From Promethearchaeota archaeon (GTDB lineage Archaea; Asgardarchaeota; Lokiarchaeia; Sigyniarchaeales; SOKP01), in the NCBI GenBank assembly GCA_019894975.1, contig JAGXNO010000004.1, positions 61,721 to 125,720 on the forward strand: DNA of 64,000 nt. The letters are read 5' to 3'. Below, piece after piece: positions 60,327 through 64,000 of the stretch. The translations under genes and the position numbers were made by a program. The notes beneath the pieces were generated by a model. The model worked only from the letters and a program-made list of their open reading frames with translations, was not told the origin of the DNA and made no database searches. Every line of letters begins with the position of its first letter. Position 1 is the first letter of the stretch.

Positions 60327-61454
60327 CTAATCAAAATAATTAAAGTAATCTAATTTTTTTCTTAATTCTATAATTACATTTTCTGGCATAGTAAGTTCCT
60401 TATTACCAGACAGAGAGAGATGTGTTAACGATTCAAGCTTTTCTATTAGATCTAAGCCTGAATTTTGTAGATTTGAATGTTCGATTGTCAAATCTTCTAA
60501 ATTTTTTAAATTGACTATGGAATCAGGAAATTTTTCAAAATTTATACGATATAAAGAAAGCTTTTTTAGATTTGGGAGTTTACAAAACGATTTCTCAAGA
60601 TGGATAATAGCTCTACCAAAGAAACCAGCAATAGCTAAATTTTCTAAATTAGGAAAATAATAAATTAAATCTGGGATGACCACTACTCCACTACAAATAA
60701 TTCTTAGGGTTCGAACTGAGGCTGCTTCAAATTCTTCACCAAAGATATTTGGGGAAGGATAATTAATGTCGAGCATTAAGCGTTCTAAATTTGTTAAATT
60801 CTCAATGCTATTTGGAATATAGGTTATCTCTTCATCAATCCTCAATTCAAGATCCCAAATCTTTCCTTCCTTAACACTATATAATAAATAGTCTCTTTCT
60901 TGTTTTCTCATTAAATCGATATAAGGAATTGGTGAATATTTTTCCTTAGTCTTTAAGAATCTTTCCATAAACAACGCATCTTCTGGTGCGAGTATACCAC
61001 TCAGGACATCGTCATCAGTCAAATAGTTTAAATACCCCTCTTCAAAAAGGAATTCTTGGACAGAAAAACTCCCATATTTATACCTTCTAGTAATTTCTTC
61101 CTTAAAACGTTGCTTTGCTGTATGGTCTCCCCTCTCAGAAAGCTCTTTTAATAAAGGAAAGGCTAACGTTCGATGCAGTAACGTTGTAGTATATTGATTT
61201 TCTGCCCACGCTTGTAAGTTCGAGCAATGACCCATGAATTCCTCTTCCGGTGTTAAAGTTTCATCTCCCATATAAATTTCAAGGTGTTCTTCAGCCTCAT
61301 CTATAGAATTAATTTCTTGATTAAAATTTTCCACTACAGGTACGTTTAAGAGCAAGTGCTTACATTGTTCAAATTCCTTGTTATTGACGTAAATAATCGT
61401 TTTTCCATCAATTAAGCGGAGAGTTATTAACTCATTTACCCGAAATTCTTCCAT
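60327..61454 (-). CDS. Leucine-rich repeat protein with conserved N-terminal domain
   Basis: EFRVNELITLRL..EEEFMGHCSNLQAW N-terminus; C-terminal LxxLxL repeats. Confidence 0.8.
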   Translation of the reverse strand: MEEFRVNELITLRLIDGKTIIYVNNKEFEQCKHLLLNVPVVENFNQEINSIDEAEEHLEIYMGDETLTPEEEFMGHCSNLQAWAENQYTTTLLHRTLAFPLLKELSERGDHTAKQRFKEEITRRYKYGSFSVQEFLFEEGYLNYLTDDDVLSGILAPEDALFMERFLKTKEKYSPIPYIDLMRKQERDYLLYSVKEGKIWDLELRIDEEITYIPNSIENLTNLERLMLDINYPSPNIFGEEFEAASVRTLRIICSGVVVIPDLIYYFPNLENLAIAGFFGRAIIHLEKSFCKLPNLKKLSLYRINFEKFPDSIVNLKNLEDLTIEHSNLQNSGLDLIEKLESLTHLSLSGNKELTMPENVIIELRKKLDYFNYFD

Positions 61455-61799
61455 ATTTATTTTTTAGTTTCTTATGGTTATGATAGGTATATAGTTTCAT
61501 TGATATAAAGTTAGGGTCTAAAATCAATTTTTAAATTTGTTTAAAACCCATAAACAGTAAGTTTATAACCTATAAACATGGTGAAAAAATTCAGGGAAAT
61601 TGACAGTAAGTTGACCTTTATCTTAATTTTTAAAATTAAAATTAGAAGGTATTTGTTTACTAGATTTTTCTAACATTTGTTTGCGGTTTAAATTTAAGAT
61701 TTGGGATGGTATATTATGTTCTATACAATTGAAGAATTTACTAAAAAAGAAAAAGAAGATAATCCAGAAGTAAACGAGGAAAAAATAAATTAACCAAAA

Positions 61800-62357
61800 T
61801 TATTTAAAACATACCAAAGAAAATCGATATGCATATCGGATAGGGGGCCATTCCAGCTCAATATTTAATCTTGACACAGTTTCGTTCGTATTTATCCCCG
61901 CCCCCGTCATCGAATGCTGAAATTTTTCAGGATATTTACATGGTTCTCCGCTATTGTAAGTGCATCCTCTATCTTCCTTGTTATCACAGATGTTACACTT
62001 TGCAGGCCAAATTACCAAATATTCCTTATATTGTTTCTTATAATTATCAAGAGAACGAGAAATTTCTTCATAAATCTCATCATAGCTACTTTTTAGAAAA
62101 AATGAATTTCGTATCCGTTGTTCACTCCTTCTTGGATGTTTTTCCTTAACTTTTTTAACGTATGCATCTAAATCGTGCTTTGAATATATGAGATAAAACT
62201 CTTTAAATTGAGAAACATGGTCCCTTAAGAAAGTAGCAGCGGGTGGACAGCTATAGGAATGATTATAATTCGGACATGCGAATTTATCATTTACGCAATA
62301 TGAATACACTTCTCGATCGAAAACAATGTCATCGAATTCAATTTTAATATAGGACAT
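61800..62357 (-). CDS. DUF2284 metal-binding protein
   Basis: CPNYNHSYSCPP, CNIC..C...CKYP, SMTGAGIN. Confidence 0.8.
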   Translation of the reverse strand: MSYIKIEFDDIVFDREVYSYCVNDKFACPNYNHSYSCPPAATFLRDHVSQFKEFYLIYSKHDLDAYVKKVKEKHPRRSEQRIRNSFFLKSSYDEIYEEISRSLDNYKKQYKEYLVIWPAKCNICDNKEDRGCTYNSGEPCKYPEKFQHSMTGAGINTNETVSRLNIELEWPPIRYAYRFSLVCFK

Positions 62358-62606
62358 TGAATTAATGAATATTTCAATTCTATTATTATTATTGAAATAG
62401 TTTGTATAGTGTATAGAGACTGAAGTTTTTCATTTATTTTTTTTTATTACTTGGCATTTTCTAATTATAACAACTGATTGATTAGTGTCAAAAAAGACTT
62501 ATCAATACTTTGCATATTCCAACTTCTTCTGCTCTTCTTCTGCTATCATGAAAAATCAGAGAAATATTCTTGAAAAATAGATAACACCATCATTATATTA
62601 ATTTTA

Positions 62607-63029
62607 GTTGTCTCAAAATTTAATGAGTTTTTCCTTATTTATTATGAATTAGATTTGAACGAATACATAACAAAAGAAAAAGAAAAAAATCCTGATTCAA
62701 GTGAAGAAGGTATAAAAAATGAGCTTTATACGGGAAAATTTTTAAGAAATAAATTAGAAAAAGAGATTTATATGTTCCTTGAAAATTATCAAGACAATTA
62801 TGAAGAAAAGCTTATTTTATGGGATGGATTTTGCCGAGTCTGTTTTAATAAAACGGATAAAGGATGTACTTATGATAGTGGCAAACCCTGCCGATATCCT
62901 GACAAAAAACGCTATTCTATGGAAGCCACAGGTATAGCAGTCACAGATATGGTTAAAAAATTAAATCTAAAGATAGAATGGCCACCGACTAACTATGTAT
63001 ACCGTTTTGGGTTGATATGTTTTAAATAA
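62607..63029 (+). pseudogene. 5'-truncated DUF2284 paralog
   Basis: Similarity to 61800-62357 begins at VVSKFNEFFLIYYELDL; the N-terminal CPNY..SCPP part is missing and there is an in-frame TGA at 62571. Confidence 0.6.
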
Positions 63030-63124
63030 TCCAAAACTCCTAATGATAACAAAAAGTTAAAAATAAAAACTGGACTACATCTTTTTTTTAATGGATTAAT
63101 AATTACCTTCTATTGTGAATAAAT

Positions 63125-63634
63125 ATGAATATTGATTGGACTATACTTCAAACTGGTTGGGATTATGTTTGGCAAGATCCTATTGGATGGTTTTTAGCAT
63201 TACCCTTACTTACACAGATATTAGTTCTTATAGGAATTATCGCCCTTACTATAGCGGCTATTATTTTAGTTTATTATATCTTAAAGGGCGTTGCTTACTT
63301 ATTATACTATTTGTTTAAAGGATTATTTTATCTATTAAAAGGCCTATTTCTTGGTCTTTATAAATTATTTGAAGCTTTGTATTATGTTATTTCAGGGAAA
63401 CCAAAGAAAAAAGACGGGTCAATACCCCAAACTCTTGAACCTCCTCCAATACCTCCTGAACAGATCTCAAATTTAATTCAACATAATGAAATAAGAGTAC
63501 CAACCTACTGTACTGAATGTGGACAGAAGATAACAGGATCTATGGAGTCTCTTTTAACTTCAAGAGGTGTTGCTTTTTGCTTCTATTGTGGTAAACAATT
63601 TGAAATCAGAGCCGCAGAACAGCCTAATTTTTAG
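63125..63634 (+). CDS. Membrane-anchored protein with Pro-rich linker and C-terminal zinc ribbon
   Basis: Hydrophobic N-terminus with (L/F)KG(V/L) repeats; CTECG..CFYCG. Confidence 0.7.
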   Translation: MNIDWTILQTGWDYVWQDPIGWFLALPLLTQILVLIGIIALTIAAIILVYYILKGVAYLLYYLFKGLFYLLKGLFLGLYKLFEALYYVISGKPKKKDGSIPQTLEPPPIPPEQISNLIQHNEIRVPTYCTECGQKITGSMESLLTSRGVAFCFYCGKQFEIRAAEQPNF

Positions 63635-63879
63635 GACAATAAATCCAAAAAATAAAGAAATTCTAATGACTATCCTTAAACTAATATTTTCTAAATATTT
63701 ATTTCTTTAATTAGAAGATCACTTTCCCCCTTGTTCTTCAAATTTTCAGTAAAAGAGAGAAAATGATTAAAATAAGCCTCAAGATAAAAAGAATAAAAAA
63801 AGATTAAGTAACGCTTTTTTTCTTGCTCAGATTTCAATAACAATTTATGAGACTTACCAATGGATAAGAATGGTATCTC

Positions 63880-63999
63880 CTAGAAGAAATCATCATCCAG
63901 AGATATTGTTTCAGTTCTATCAGGACCAATTGAGATCATTGCAATTTCAGTTTGCAACTCATCTTTAATTGCTTGTATATATAATTTCATTGTATCAGG
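63880..63999 (-). CDS. purA: Adenylosuccinate synthetase C-terminus (partial, runs off window)
   Basis: Manual translation PDTMKLYIQAIKDELQTEIAMISIGPDRTETISLDDDFF matches the PurA C-terminal LP..YI..I..ISxGPDR.ET pattern. Confidence 0.8.
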   Translation of the reverse strand, partial: PDTMKLYIQAIKDELQTEIAMISIGPDRTETISLDDDFF

Positions 64000-64000
64000 G

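Noticed and set aside
1270-63318. Numerous 60-130 aa ORFs overlapping longer genes (e.g. 1270-1533, 7376-7687, 14421-14750, 23175-23573, 29333-29623)
   Set aside because: Antisense or alternate-frame shadows of well-supported genes with no motifs.
1-64000. CRISPR arrays, tRNA/rRNA genes, IS elements
   Set aside because: No regularly spaced repeats, cloverleaf or GC-rich RNA-like blocks, or transposase motifs seen by eye; a tRNAscan/Infernal run would be needed to exclude them fully.

Overview
AT-rich, densely coding archaeal chromosome segment. The gene content points to an Asgard archaeon, most likely Lokiarchaeia (inference): a Rab-like small GTPase, a gelsolin-domain protein, a tandem roadblock protein, longin-like proteins, MPN/JAMM proteins, VWA-RING-like proteins and LRR proteins, alongside an HdrA-MvhD fusion, HdrBC and DUF39-type homocysteine synthesis. 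The main result is that two protein-coding genes that the ORF track shows as broken are each interrupted by a tiny bulge-helix-bulge (BHB/BHL, tRNA-type) intron. One is a 31-nt intron (9633-9663) inside the catalytic JAMM motif of an MPN protein. The other is a 30-nt intron (49050-49079, minus strand) in a zinc-ribbon/LURP-one protein. In both, the cut sites predicted from BHB geometry restore an uninterrupted reading frame. The two introns resemble each other, suggesting a family of mRNA micro-introns spliced by the tRNA endonuclease. Other points of note: an MPN+/MPN- coiled-coil gene cluster, a tandem VWA-RING-like pair, a di-myo-inositol-phosphate cluster whose ino1 appears to start at ATT, and small ORFs missed by the track. 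No rRNA, tRNA, CRISPR array or transposase was recognised.
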